A stretch of DNA of 64,000 nt from Acidobacteriota bacterium (lineage in GTDB: Bacteria > Acidobacteriota > UBA890 > WLXD01), in the NCBI GenBank assembly GCA_963666055.2, contig CAXWPH010000006.1, positions 320,001 through 384,000 of the forward strand, written 5' to 3'. The notes under the pieces were generated by a model, which was not told where the DNA came from, did not search any database, and was given only the letters and a program-made list of their open reading frames with translations. The translations under genes were made by a program, and so were the position numbers. Shown piece after piece: positions 20,935 to 32,770 of this stretch; position 1 is the stretch's first letter; each line of letters starts with the position of its first letter.

Positions 20935-21295
20935 GTGTCGGATCGCTGTGGGAATCGTGTGGGAAATTTCGCGCAGATTCGTTTGTTTACAAATGTACCG
21001 GGGCGCGAGGCGGCCCTGACTTTCGATGCCCCCCTTTGGACAACAATACTCAGGTATGCGCAGACTGCGCGGTGCATGCTCGCAGGAGGCCCCGGAGGCG
21101 ACCGTGGACGGCCTTGGCCTGCATCAGTACGTACGCGACGGCCATGCCCTGCAGGGCGGTCGCAACACCGTCAAGCACTGAATTGACCCATGCACCGACG
21201 ACTGGGATGACGTCCAGACTGTCGGAAAAGACGGGCAGTGCCACAGCCACCACATAGACCCCGATCCGTTGGGTGAGATCAGCACTCGCGTCCTC

Positions 21296-22555
21296 TGACC
21301 TGACCCCCGAAAACGGGTCCAGATGTAATCACACGATCTGGGACCAGAAAGGGAGGTCAGAATGCCGGTCAAGAGGCACAGCGCCGAGCAGATCGTGCGC
21401 AAGCTCCGGGAGGGTTAAGTGGAGCTGGCGCGAGGCGCGACGGTCAAGGATGCCTGTCGCAAGCTAGCGATCACCGAGCACACCTACTACCGGTGGCGGC
21501 GCGAGTACGGCGGGCTGAAGCTGAACCAGGCGCGGAAGCTCAAACAGCTCGATAAGGACAACTCCCGGCTCAAGAAGCTGGTGGCGGACAAGGAGCTCGA
21601 CCTGGCGATCCTCAAGGAGGTCGCGGAGGGAAACTTCTGAGCCCAGCACGTCGGCGCGAGGCGGTAGCTCACGTACGACGGCAGCTGGGCGTAACCGAAA
21701 GACGATCCTGCCGGGTGCTCAGGCAGCCCAGGACGACACCGCGATACGTGCCGAGGCCGGCGGACGACGAGCAACTGGTGAGGGACAGGATCGTGGAGTT
21801 AGCTCGGGAGTATGGACGTTATGGGTACCGGAGGGTGACGGCGTTGATGCGCATGGAGGGCGGGCTCGTGAACCACAAACGAGTGCAGCGGATCTGGCGT
21901 AGCGAAGGCCTGAAAGTGCCGAAGAGGCAGCCCAAACGAGCCCGGCTCTGGTTCAACGATGGCTCGTGTATCCGGCTGCGACCGGAGCGCAAGAACCACG
22001 TGTGGGCGTATGACTTCATCCATGACCGGACGCACGATGGCCGGTCCATGAGGATGTTGACGATCGTGGACGAGTACACCCGCGAGAGCCTGGCGATCGA
22101 CGTGGCGCGCAAGCTCAACTCCGAGCAAGTGCTCGAGCGGCTCGGGTGGCTGTTCGTGCACCGGGCAATACCCGATCACATCAGGTCGGATAACGGACCT
22201 GAGTTCACTGCCGCGGCCGTTCGCGACTGGCTGGGCCGACTCGGCGTGGGCACGCTGTTGATCGAGCCGGGCTCGCCGTGGGACAACGGTTACGTGGAGA
22301 GCTTCAAAGGCAAGCTCCGCGACGAACTGCTGGACCGGGAGATCTTCTACACGCTCAAGCAGGCACGGGTTCTGATCGAGAGGTGGCGGCAGCAGTACAA
22401 CCGAGTTCGACCGCACAGCTCGCTGGGCTATCGACCACCGGCCCCTAAGGCGCTGTTGTTGAACCCGGCTCCGCTACGCTCCGCCGGCTTCAACAACCCC
22501 TTGTCGGCACCGTGTTACTGAGATAAGACGTGGTACTAACCGCGGGGTCAGGTCA
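21296..22555 (+). mobile_element. IS3-family (IS407-group) element; orfA has a premature stop
   Basis: 12-bp perfect TIR TGACCTGACCCC; orfA ATG 21362, TAA 21416; GGGAAAC slip site about 21628; orfB WAYDF, SDNGPEF, VESFKG. Confidence 0.92.
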
Positions 22556-23438
22556 GCCCGGCAACTGCTGATTAGGCGGTCGGCGATCCGCGTAAGTGTC
22601 ACCGCAGCCATCCTGTACTGCGTCTCCTGCCGCTCCACCCCGAGCACCGCCCCCAGCACCGATGGCACCGAGGTCACGGTGTTCGACATCACCAGGGTGT
22701 CGAGCTTCGTGCTCGACTTCATCGGTGGGACGGTGCAGAACACGTCGAGAAGGACGATTAACCCTCTTTCGAAAGTTCGGGCGAAAGTCTACGCGCAGCA
22801 GGCGTGCTGCTTGCTGAGGATGCTGATAGCTACGGTCCAGTCCCCGACAGAGGCCAAGCTACTTTCGATATCCGGATTCCCACGAACAACTCGACAGGGG
22901 CAAGCTACTACACCCTAGAGGTCACGAACTACGTGGCCGGGCGGCACGCGACTCTCTCGTGTTCCGGGTGTGGGCGGCGCGACTGGTGACGTTCCTCGGT
23001 GCAAACTACGAACCAGGAGGCTAATGCTCGACTCGCCCCTCCGGCCCTCCTGCTCCGGCAGTGGGCAGGATTTGCACCAGGTCGATTACACGGCCTTGCG
23101 CAACGGTCAAGCCGTCCAGCGGTGGGGCGGCATGGGCCTTGTGGCCCTGCTCACCCAGGAGACTTTCGGGACTCCGGGCTTCACCGACGACGACGCCTGA
23201 GCCTGGAAGCACATCGAGTTCGGGACGGGCGCGGTCGAGGCCTACCGTAGCGTCACGGATCCGTTCGAGTTGCGCAGCAAGCACGAGGCGAGGGCTTTCG
23301 GTGTCTTCGCGAGCGCGCCGTGGACCGGGCAGCCGCAGCGCTTTCTAGGGAGCGTCCCGCGAGTGCGGAGGCCGGCTCCGATAGAGGAAGCGCCCGCGAT
23401 GGTCCCGGGCTGGCCCTCGAAGGGCATTCCGCGACCGG

Positions 23439-23810
23439 TTACAGCGTGATCACCTGGTCAGGAGGGTTGCCGGCCAGGCATTCGTACAGGTCGGGAAAGC
23501 AACCGACACGGACTCCCTCGACCGTTCCCAGAGGCTCGCACGTGCCGGGCCAAGTCTCGCCTGCAGCCAGTCCGCGCTCGACAGCGCAGGTGTCGCACAT
23601 CATAAGCAGAATCCCATTCTCCCGCGCGACCCGCGAGAGACGCTCTCCCATTGGATCGCCCTGCCGCAGCAGATACGTGTTGTCGTCGAAGAACATCATC
23701 GCCACGACATCGACGCCGTGGGCATCCTGCTCCAGCTGCGGAAGGATCATCTGCCCGAGCTTGTAGCTGGCTGTGTGGCCTGATGTGGCGAAAACGTAAG
23801 CGATCTTCAT
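23439..23810 (-). CDS. DsrE-related protein (SaoD/DsrE-like)
   Basis: MILPQLEQDAHGVDVVAMMFFDDN, CDTCAVERG, GCFPDLY. Confidence 0.75.
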   Translation of the reverse strand: MKIAYVFATSGHTASYKLGQMILPQLEQDAHGVDVVAMMFFDDNTYLLRQGDPMGERLSRVARENGILLMMCDTCAVERGLAAGETWPGTCEPLGTVEGVRVGCFPDLYECLAGNPPDQVITL

Positions 23811-23959
23811 CGGCGCGAGTTCCTCAGTTGGTCCTCAGAGTGGAGGGGCGTATTCTACAAAGATCAGGTCGAGCGCGGGGACTGACCATCAGGAGTTCAC
23901 CGTGGCGCACCCGGGAAGACACAGTCCTCTGTGACTGGTTGCTGCGCCCCGTCGAGGAC

Positions 23960-24295
23960 GCCGCGACCTATTCAACATCCAGGAAGGTATCGTACAGGCG
24001 CGCTTCCGAGAGGGTACGACCGGCAGGTCCCTTTGCAACCGGACGAGGTCTACGAGCTACGGCTGAGCCTCGGTGCCACGGCCAATTACTTCAGGCCCGG
24101 GCACCGCATTCGCCTGGAGGTCTCAAGCTCCAACTTCCCACGCTTCGCCAGGAACCTGAACACGGGGGGAGCAACTACGAGAGCGACACCTGGCAAGTCG
24201 CTCACATAATCGTCCACCATTCCAGGCCGACGCCGTCCTATCTGGTGTTGCCTGTCATGCCCGAGCGCGGGGCTTCAGCGTGCCACGGCTGCTGA
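23960..24295 (+). pseudogene. CocE/NonD hydrolase C-terminal fragment
   Basis: GHRIRLEVSSSNFPRFARNLNTGG, PSYLVLPV; frameshifted; paralogous to the end of 53754-55532. Confidence 0.8.
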
Positions 24296-24299
24296 CCTC

Positions 24300-24560
24300 C
24301 TAGATCTCGGCACGCGCCGAGACGAGCATCGAGACCGCCACGTAGATCACCACCACGACCACCAGCCAGCGGATGGCGGTGAGCGGTAGCGAGCCGACCA
24401 CGAAGGCGGCGACCAGCACCGCCGGGACGCCACCGAGCAACTAAGCCCAGCGACGGGCGCAGCGCGTAGCTGTTCTTGCGCACGAAGCTCACGCTCGCCA
24501 CCGGCATGAGGAACGCGCAGGAGCCCATCATGATCGGGAAATCGACAGGAAATACGCCTT
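24300..24560 (-). pseudogene. TauE/SafE (TSUP) transporter C-terminal fragment
   Basis: FPIMMGSCAFLMPVAS, then GGVPAVLVAAFVVGSLPLTAIRWLVVVVVIY in a shifted frame. Confidence 0.7.
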
Positions 24561-24599
24561 CGAGATCTCCTCCGGCTCCAAGCTCCAGCTGGCGCGGTA

Positions 24600-25000
24600 C
24601 TCTCCGGCTCCACGTAGTTCTCCAGGAAGTCCTCGCCCACCTCGCGCAGCAAGTACTCGGGGACGTTCTCGTCGTCGAACTCCGCCGCCGTGTGCGCCAG
24701 GCACGGATCGACGGTCTCGCGGACCCGGGCGAGGTCGGGCAGGATGCGGGGCAACCGCTGCCGATCGCGCTCACCGATGGCCGGACAGGTGAGCCGCTTG
24801 GACATCGGGGTACCGTATTCGGTGAGGTACACCATCTCGCCGTTGTCGGTGTACGAGCCGGCGTCGGTGCTTCGGCCGGAGCGCAGAAGCTTGTCCTCCA
24901 GCGGGTCGACCTCCTCCACCAGCTCCCACATCTCGTCATTGAACTCGAACAGGATCGTGGCGCCCGTGTTCACCTTCACCGAGCCCAGCATCTCCTCGCC
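24600..25000 (-). pseudogene. Possible flavin amine-oxidase-like internal fragment
   Basis: VNTGATILFEFNDEMWELVEE...GEDFLENYVEP; protein-like composition, weak motif match. Confidence 0.35.
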
Positions 25001-25091
25001 CATGCGCCACGACGACGCGGTGGCCGGCGGGCGCGTCATCCTGGCCCGTGCCTGTCCGCCACACCGGGACCTGCCGTGATCGTTGTCGCGT

Positions 25092-25885
25092 CTAGGCGAG
25101 ATCTCGCGGAATGACCTCGGCCCAGTCTTTTTCGTATTGCAGTTCGCCGCTGACGCGCAGCTCCAGCCGCGCGTTGATCTCTACCGTCTTCTCGTCGCTC
25201 TCGATGGTCATCCAGGGATCTGCACACGATCTCGCGGCGCTCAGCGTTCGCCGTGGCGCTCCCCTCACACCGGATCGTCGCGCGAGCCGGTTCCCGATCG
25301 TTGACCGTGCACCAGCGCCGCTCCACCATGCCGGACTAATCCGTCTCGCGGAACACCTACCGTCTGCGCCATCTCGTCGCGCGTGATCTCCCAGCGATCC
25401 TTCGGTCCGCCTTCTGAGCTTCCGCCAGACGGCCGCGGCGCCACCTCGGGCGGCTCGTACGGCAGCTCGGGTGTGCCCGCCGGCACCACCGGCAACACCA
25501 CTCTCGAACGGCCACGCCGCATCGACGAACAGCTTGGTGCTCATCCTAGGGCGTCGGCCAAAGGTTCGGGAAGTCGGCGTTGCACACGGCCACCCGGATC
25601 CGGTGCCCCGGTGGAAACACCCACGTGAGCCGGTGGTCCCACCCGCGCAGCACCTCCGGGCGGATGTTGAACCGCGGCCTGGGCCGACCGATGATGGCGC
25701 GCTGTGGCACCGACATGTGCTCGAGCATGCGCGGGATGCTGTCGGTGTATCGTAGTTGGGGCGCAGCGACATGCGCTGCCAGAAGGCGTCGTTGAGCTGG
25801 TGCCGCAGCATGCCGAAGATCCAGGGCTCGTTCTCCATACGGAAGCGCGCCTCCGGCGTGTCCGTGTCGTTGTCGGGTCAGGCCA
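25092..25885 (-). pseudogene. CocE/NonD (S15) hydrolase, deleted and frameshifted C-terminal part
   Basis: HQLNDAFWQRMS, WVFPPGHRIRVAVCNADFPNLWPTP, EKDWAEVIPRDL. Confidence 0.7.
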
Positions 25886-25899
25886 GGATGCAGTTGATC

Positions 25900-26160
25900 G
25901 CGGCGTGTTCTCGAAAACCTCCCAGACGGTCTCGATTCCCAACGCCATGACGAAGCGCCAGGCGCTCGACAGCTTGTTGCCGAGGATCATCCACAGCAGC
26001 GTGTGGAACGCCACCCCGTGGAGCATGTGCGGCACTGTGTACGGATCGGCGAGGTGCTGCGAGTTGCGCATGCTCCAGATGTTGGCTGAGAACAGGTACG
26101 GCTCCCCGCCCTCGCACCAGACGACCCGTGCCATGGCGCCGAGCGCGAGGGCGGTCGACC
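25900..26160 (-). pseudogene. DUF2585/UPF0314 membrane protein N-terminal fragment
   Basis: NSQHLADPYTVPHMLHG, WEVFENTP, then fused to the CocE fragment. Confidence 0.8.
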
Positions 26161-26397
26161 GGGGGGCGGGGTGACGGCGCGGCCCACACACATAGTCGGT
26201 CAGTGGCTGAGGAGCTTGACGAAGCGGTAGCCGACCCGGGGCTCGTTTCCTACTCGGACTTCAGTGCGGCGACGGGTACCTCGCCGGCCAGCAGATGAGC
26301 GGCGGCGGACGCCTCAACCCTGATCTGGGCTTCGAATAGGATGCCTCGGAAAACGTTATCTGTCCTAGCAGTCCGTCGTGGAAAGTGACGGGGTCTG

Positions 26398-27564
26398 CTA
26401 GTGTCCTGAGTCAGAAGTTCGCATACAAAATCGGGCGATGGAATCTAGGATCTGGTCGGCAGTCTTGGTCCAGATGAACGGCTGGGACTGAGCATTGGTG
26501 GAGTCGACAAAGCGTTCGATGGCAAGTTCAAGATCGCGGGTAGAGCGATGCACACCGCGCCGGAGTTGCTTCTCGGTCAGAGCGGCGAACCAGCGTTCGA
26601 TCATGTTGAGCCAGGAGGAATAGGTGGGAGTGAAGTGCAGATGGAAACGTGGGCGCTTCACCAACCATTGATGGATCATCGGGCTCTTGTGGGTGGCGTA
26701 ATTGTCCAAGATCAAGTGCACGTCCAGATCCTCGGGCACGGCCTGGTCGATGCACCGGAGGAACTTCCTGAACTCCACGGCACGATGCCGACGATGGCAC
26801 TGGGCAAGGATCTCTCCTGTCTTTGCATCCAGGGCAGCGAATAGGGACGTGGTGCCGTGCCGGACGTAGTCATGGGTGCGGCGCTCGATCTGGCCGGGAC
26901 GCATGGGCAACAGCGGCTGGCTGCGGTTCAGCGCCTGGATCTGAGACTTCTCGTCGACACACAGGACCACGGCCCTTTCGGGAGGACTCAGGTACAGGCC
27001 GACGATGTCACGGACCTTGTCGATGAACAACGGGTCGTTAGACAGCTTGAAGGTCTCGGACCGATGTGGCTGCAGTGCAAAAGCTCTCCAGATCCGGCTG
27101 ACGGCACTCTGGCTCAGACCGCACCGCTGGGCCATGGAACGAGTGGACCAGTGGGTGGCGGCCTGCGGCTGGCTCTCCAGGGTCAGGGTCAGGACTCGTT
27201 CGACGTCCTGGTCGGTGATGGTGCGCTGGGCCCCAGGACGCGGCGCGTCCAGCAACCCGTCGACACCTTGGTCTTGAAACCGCTTGCGCCACTTGCCGAC
27301 CGTCTGGATGGTGATGCCGAGTTGCTCGGCAGCCGTGGTGTTGGAGGAGCCCTCGGCCACGGTGAGGATGATCCGGGCCCTCAAAGCGAGCGCTTGCGCG
27401 CTCTTGGGTCTGCGAACCCAGCGCTGGAGAATGTCGCGATCCTGGTCGTTGAGATCGACCGGCGCGATAGGGCGGCCTCTGGGCATGAGGTCTCCTGCAG
27501 TGTCGGTAACAGGAAGATGAACCATGCCTTTATTATTAAACGAATTTATAACTCAGGAGACTAG
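26398..27564 (-). mobile_element. IS630-family element, apparently intact; transposase 26398-27486
   Basis: CTAG at both ends; IRs GTGTCCTGAGT / ACTCAGGAGAC; [23 protein letters not shown]. Confidence 0.95.
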
Positions 27565-28739
27565 CGACCGACCTGCCTTTCGGGAATACGTACCGTCAAC
27601 ATGCCGAACGGGTAGTCACCGAGCTCGAGACGGGCGACCTCTCGTTCTTCAGCGAGCGAGATGATCGAGACGTTGTCGTCGTAACGCGCGCTGGCGTAGC
27701 AGTACCCGCTGTCGAGGCTCGCGGTCACCCAGTAGGGCTCGCGACCGATAGGAATCGTGGCCAGAAGATCCAGCCCTTGCACCGAGACGATCCCAACGTA
27801 GTGTCCCACCGTACTAGCTAGGCAAAGCCGCGTCTCATCGGGCGTCAGCGCTAGACCATGGTGAGCGGTGTGAGGCCAGGTCTTCATGTGCTCTACACCG
27901 TCGGGCACCGGTAGATGGATGGTCTTGGCGACGTGATCGGTTTCCAAGTCGAGTACGACGAACCCGTGTAGCTTGGTGAGTTGAATGAACATCGTTTCTT
28001 CATCAGCCGTTACGGCGAACGGGAGCACGCCTTCATCGAACTGAATCGTCCGGATGACCTCGAACGTACTGGCATCGGCGATCGTGATCTGATCACACAG
28101 TATGCAACCGTTATACACACGATTGCCGTCAGGTGACATGTGCATGCCGTGCGGGCCGATGCCGGTATGGATCTTGCCGACGACTGCGCGCTCGACGGTG
28201 TCGATCACGACTGCGTGGCTCTCGCTGATCACCGAGACGAACAGGTAGCGCCCGTCGTGCGACAAAGCCATGTGATCGGCAATGCCACCCACCGGCAGAC
28301 GCCACAGCAGCTCCTCGGTCGCCGTGCTGAACGCCGCGACGTCGCGGACCTCGTCGCGAGCCACGTACAACACCTCGCCCATGCTCGACGCCACCAGGTC
28401 GTAAACCAGCCCGCCCTCTGGTCGCTGGTCGGCCGGAATGTCGGGCAGCGCGTCGAACTTGCCGATCACCTCGAAGCTCGGCACCTGGATGACGGAGATC
28501 GTCCCCTCCATCCGGTTGGCGACATAGAGCACTTCGATGCCGTCGCTACCCTCGACGGCGGCACTATCTGGACGCGGCCCCGATCCCCACAAAAGCAGGG
28601 GCAGGCACGCCAGCAGCGGCCACGGTTTCCGGGAGAAGGGTCTTTGCGGGTATGTGGGTGCCAAGCTCGGTCCCGTGTGCGTGGGGTTGGTCGACAGCTG
28701 CGATGATAGACTACCCGAAATTCTGCCGCGGCACCTCAT
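27561..28739 (-). CDS. YncE/YVTN beta-propeller protein
   Basis: LYVANRMEGTISVI, repeated SPDG/TPDE blades; start uncertain. Confidence 0.8.
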   Translation of the reverse strand: MRCRGRISGSLSSQLSTNPTHTGPSLAPTYPQRPFSRKPWPLLACLPLLLWGSGPRPDSAAVEGSDGIEVLYVANRMEGTISVIQVPSFEVIGKFDALPDIPADQRPEGGLVYDLVASSMGEVLYVARDEVRDVAAFSTATEELLWRLPVGGIADHMALSHDGRYLFVSVISESHAVVIDTVERAVVGKIHTGIGPHGMHMSPDGNRVYNGCILCDQITIADASTFEVIRTIQFDEGVLPFAVTADEETMFIQLTKLHGFVVLDLETDHVAKTIHLPVPDGVEHMKTWPHTAHHGLALTPDETRLCLASTVGHYVGIVSVQGLDLLATIPIGREPYWVTASLDSGYCYASARYDDNVSIISLAEEREVARLELGDYPFGMLTVRIPERQVGR

Positions 28740-29400
28740 TAGTCGCCCGGTGCGCAGAGTTTCTTGGAAAGCTGTACCGCTCTGGGGGCGTCCTTATAGA
28801 GTGACCGGTAGGATGGCCGGGCATTGTTCCCACGCGGGCGGGCTCTTCGCGTCCCTCCGGCTGTTCCCCGGCCCCGGGGGAAAGGTACCGTTCGCTCTCG
28901 CTCGGCGCAATCGTGGCGAGAACATTGTACGGAATGTGCGAACTCTTGCTGTCTGCAGGATCGATCCTAAAGGACCGATCTGTATTCGACAGAAATTCCC
29001 CCCTACCGTGTTTCGGATCGCGTTACAGGTAGCCACAAGGAAGCTTTCCAGAGGCATTGGGGGCTTCGGCCGAATTAGGATAGAAGGGTCGCGCCAGCGC
29101 GGCCTAGCGCTACTGCCGCCGAGACCGCGGTAGGAAACGGAAGACTAATGAAAAGGCCTAAGCAGAAGACACAGCAGCGAGACAGCAGCAGCTAGAGAAA
29201 CCGACAGCAGAGCCGAAAGCAAAGGGTGGGGCCCCAGTCCTTCGCCTGAGGGCTCGGTTAATGGAAGCGCAATCTGCGAAAATCCGTTGCGCTGTTGCCC
29301 CTCACTCGACCGCAAGAGCCGCCGCGAGCATCGGGGTCGTTCCGATCGCAGGATTGCGAGAAGGTTCGAGGTCATAGTTGGCTCAACACAGCGAGGTGAC

Positions 29401-29551
29401 TGACGAGATTCTGCGCAGTATTGCCCGCAAGCTGGTGCAGACCGTGCGCGGCGACGTCACGATCGACTGGACGCTGCGGGAGAACGTACGCGCGCAACCT
29501 CCGCATACTGGTTAAGCGGATCCTGCGCAGGCACGGCTACCCGCCCGACAG
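29401..29551 (+). pseudogene. hsdR: Type I restriction HsdR C-terminal (DUF3387-like) fragment
   Basis: [25 protein letters not shown] / [13 protein letters not shown]; truncated at the IS end. Confidence 0.8.
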
Positions 29552-31163
29552 CGGTGCCTGTCAACGCGGATGAGACGGTGGGTTTCGTAAATTAGTGAGC
29601 ATTCTCCATGCTGGCGGGTTTGTTGATCCAGGCCACGGTGGGCACCGGCGGTGGTTGAGGCACGCTGCTGACGAAGCGCTCGGGCCGCGCGCGGAAGGCC
29701 GCCAGAAGAACTTCGGCGCGCTTGTGCTGGACCGCCTGGGCGAGGCCGTGGTGCATGGTCGCTGGAGTCACCAGGCCGATGCCGGAGTGACGGTGGCAGT
29801 GGTTAAACCAATGGAAGAAGGCGCGGCAGAAGCTGCGAGCCTGCTGGATGGAGTCGAACCGCGCCGGGAACTCCGGCCGGTACTTGAGCGTCCTGAAGTG
29901 AGCCTCCGAGTACGGATTATCCGATGACGTATACGGCCTTGAGTGCGTCTTGGTGACGCCCAGATCAGCGAGCAGGAAGGCAACGGGCTTGGACCTCATC
30001 GAGCTGCCGCGGTCAGCATGCAGGGTGAGTTGGCCAGGCGTGATCCGCTGTTACTCGATGGCCTGGCCGATGAGCTGCTCGGCGAGAGGACCGCTCTCGC
30101 GGTGTTGCACGCTCCACCCGACTACGTAGCGGCTGAACACGTCCAGCACTACGTACAGGTACAAGTAGGTCCACTTGCTGGGCCCCAGCAGTTTCGAGAT
30201 GTCCCAGCTCCACAAGTCGTTGGGCTGTTCAGCCAGCAACTCGGGCTTGTAGTAAGGTGGATGAACGAGCTGGTTGCGTCGCTCCCGGCCCTCGCCCTCG
30301 GCGGCGAGGATTCTGTACATCGTGCGCTCCGAGGCCAGGTAGCGGCCCTCGTCCAACAGCGTCGCCCATACCTGGGCTGGCGCGCAGTCCTGGAACCGCT
30401 CGCTGTGCAGCTCGGCCAGCACCTGCTCGCGCTCCGTGTCCGAGAGTGCCCTGGCAGGCTTCGCTCCAGGACGGCTCACTGTTGGCACGGGTGGCCGACG
30501 TCGTCGATACATCGTTGCTGGCGACACTCCCAGAGACCGGCATGCTGGGCGCGTCCCGATGATGGGCGTGAGCTCCTGGACGGTCTGCTCGATCATTTCT
30601 TGGTACTCCCGTTCGCGCCCCTGGGATCGAGCAGATCCCCCAGAAGCGCGGAGACGTTTCCCTGCACTTGGATCACCCGCCGTGCTTTCTCGAGTTCCGC
30701 CTCGGTGCGCTCGAGGCGGCCGCGCAGGTTGGCGATCTTCGCGTCTCGGGGATCCGTCGCCGGTCGACCTCGCTTCTTGGTGAGCGCCACCAGCGCCCCG
30801 GCGTCACGTTGCTTGCGCCACTCCGACAGATGCGACGAGTACAGCCCTTCGCGGCGCAACAGCGAGCCGACCTCGCCGGCCTTGGTGCATCGATCCGCTT
30901 CGCCCACAACGCGAAGCTTGTACTCGGCGTTGAACTTGCGCCGACGCGGGCGTTCCACCAGTTCCGGATCCGGTATCTTCGAGGCGCGATCGTTGGATCT
31001 GCGTCTCCGGTCGCCTACGCGTCCCTCCGCCGCAGATCCAACGACCTGCTTACCTGTTCCGTTATTCTCCAACTCCAACATCTGTGCCACTCCGAGCCGC
31101 CCCGTGGGTCAGTAATTATCCAACTTCCATCGTCTCACCCCACGTTGGCAGAGAGGGCAGGCA
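29552..31163 (-). mobile_element. IS3-family element (orfA 30593-31090; orfB 29592-30596, frameshifted about 30040)
   Basis: RRKFNAEYKLRV, LLRREGLYSS; WSWDISKL, SDNPYSEAHFRTLKY; IRs TGTCAAC..TGAGAC / GTCTCA..GTTGGCA; exact ends approximate. Confidence 0.88.
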
Positions 31164-31256
31164 GGAACAGGCGTCGCGTACGGTCCAGGAGTTCCTGTCT
31201 GCACAGTGAGCTGCCTTAGTCGTTGGGGTCGGCAACCTGGCTCAAAAGCGGCAGTC

Positions 31257-32442
31257 AGAGGTGGACCCCATCCTTTGGACAGGTTTGGGTCACAGCTAAG
31301 GTGGAATCCGGGTTCATGATTCAGGCTGCCTTGGGCTGACAGGAGACGGGGCGTAGCCCCAGGCTCCTTTCAGCCCCGTCGTCAGTGTACGCCTCCTCGG
31401 GCGTCCGGTCGTCGAGCGACGAGTGCGGTCGGCGCTCGTTGTAGAAGTCCATCCAGCAGCCGATCCCGGCCCGAGCCTCGGAGCCAGTCGCGTACTCTGA
31501 CAGATAGACTTGCTCGTATTTCAGTGATCGCCACAGCCGCTCGATGAAGACGTTGTCCATCCAGCGGCCCTTGCCGTCCATGGAGATCCGAATGCCGGCC
31601 TCCTTGAGCGCGTCGGTGAAGTCGACGCTGGTGAATTGGCTACCCTGATCAGTGTTGAAGATCTCGGGCGCACCGTAGCGCTCGAGAGCCTCTTGCAAGG
31701 CCTCGACGCAGAAGCTCGCATCGAGCGTGTTGGACAGGCGCCAGGACAGCACCTTGCGGCTCGCCCAGTCCATCACCGCAACCAGGTACAGAAAACCTCG
31801 CTGCAGCGGGATGTAGGTCACATCCGCACACCAAACGTGGTTCGGTCGCGTGATCTGCAGATCGCCCAGCAGGTAGGGATAGATCCTGTGCTCCGGGTGC
31901 GGCTGAGACGTCCTGGGCCGCTGGAAGATAGCTTGCAACCGCAGCAGCCGCATCAGGCGCAGGTTCAACGGGTCTCGCCCTTGCCCTCGTAGTAGAACGA
32001 CGAGCGCGCGATCGACACCAAGCAGCACTGTCGCGCGATGCTGACCCGTGCGTGGTCGCGATCAACCATCGCTACTCTCCGGCCGCGGCTCAACGACCGA
32101 AGACCTTGGATAAAAAATCCCGCTCGATGACGAGCTCTCCGAATCTTCGCCCGCAGCTCCTTGATCTCCGCCTCCCGAGAGACCTCATCCCGCTCTTGCT
32201 TGCCCGAGAAGCCGGCCAGTACCTTCTGCCGAGCCTTCTTCTTCCAGTTGGCGATCAGGTTCGGATGCACATCGTAGCGGGCTGCCAGCTCCGCCATCGT
32301 CGCTTCCTACCGAAGCGCCTCCAAAGCGACCTTCGCCTTCAGCTCAGCAGGATAACTTCGTCTCTTCCGTGGCATTCCAGACTCCTTCTCCTTGGTCTGG
32401 ATTCCACCTTAGCAAGCTGTCCGAATTTCGGGGTCCACCTCT
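31257..32442 (-). mobile_element. IS3-family element, degraded
   Basis: TIR AGAGGTGGACCCC; orfA RRSYPAELKAKVALEA with internal stop; orfB WCADVTY, TDQGSQF, IERLWRSLKYE. Confidence 0.9.
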
Positions 32443-32532
32443 GGCTCAGCTCAGCGAGCTTCCGACGTCACTTGACGATGACCGCACGGCATCCGGCGGC
32501 GTAGGCCAAAGTACCTGTCGAGAGCCCGTCTA

Positions 32533-32716
32533 CTAGGCTCCGTAGCGCAGCCTAGCCACTGCACCTCGAGCGGCAAGCTCGCCGCGTGCGTAGCGAGCCG
32601 GCATGGTCGGCGAGAGCCACCCGGCCAGCCTGCATTTCGACCAGGCCAGCACCAGCGGCGGCGAGTGACTGTGCCGAGCCGACCCGCAGCGAGTGCCCGG
32701 ACACTCGACCTTCGAA
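32533..32716 (-). pseudogene. Cre-like tyrosine recombinase C-terminal fragment
   Basis: VSGHSLRVGSAQSLAAAGA...GRW.SPTMPARYAR (frameshifted). Confidence 0.8.
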
Positions 32717-32770
32717 ACAGCGGCACCGCGTTGGGCAGTACAACTGGCAACAGATGCTCGAGTGGAGATG

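Noticed and set aside
22560-23230. Degraded coding sequence after the IS3 element
   Set aside because: Looks protein-like across shifting frames but no family could be assigned
28740-29400. Long intergenic region as a structured ncRNA or riboswitch
   Set aside because: Only short scattered hairpins and no family consensus recognised; would need an Rfam/Infernal search
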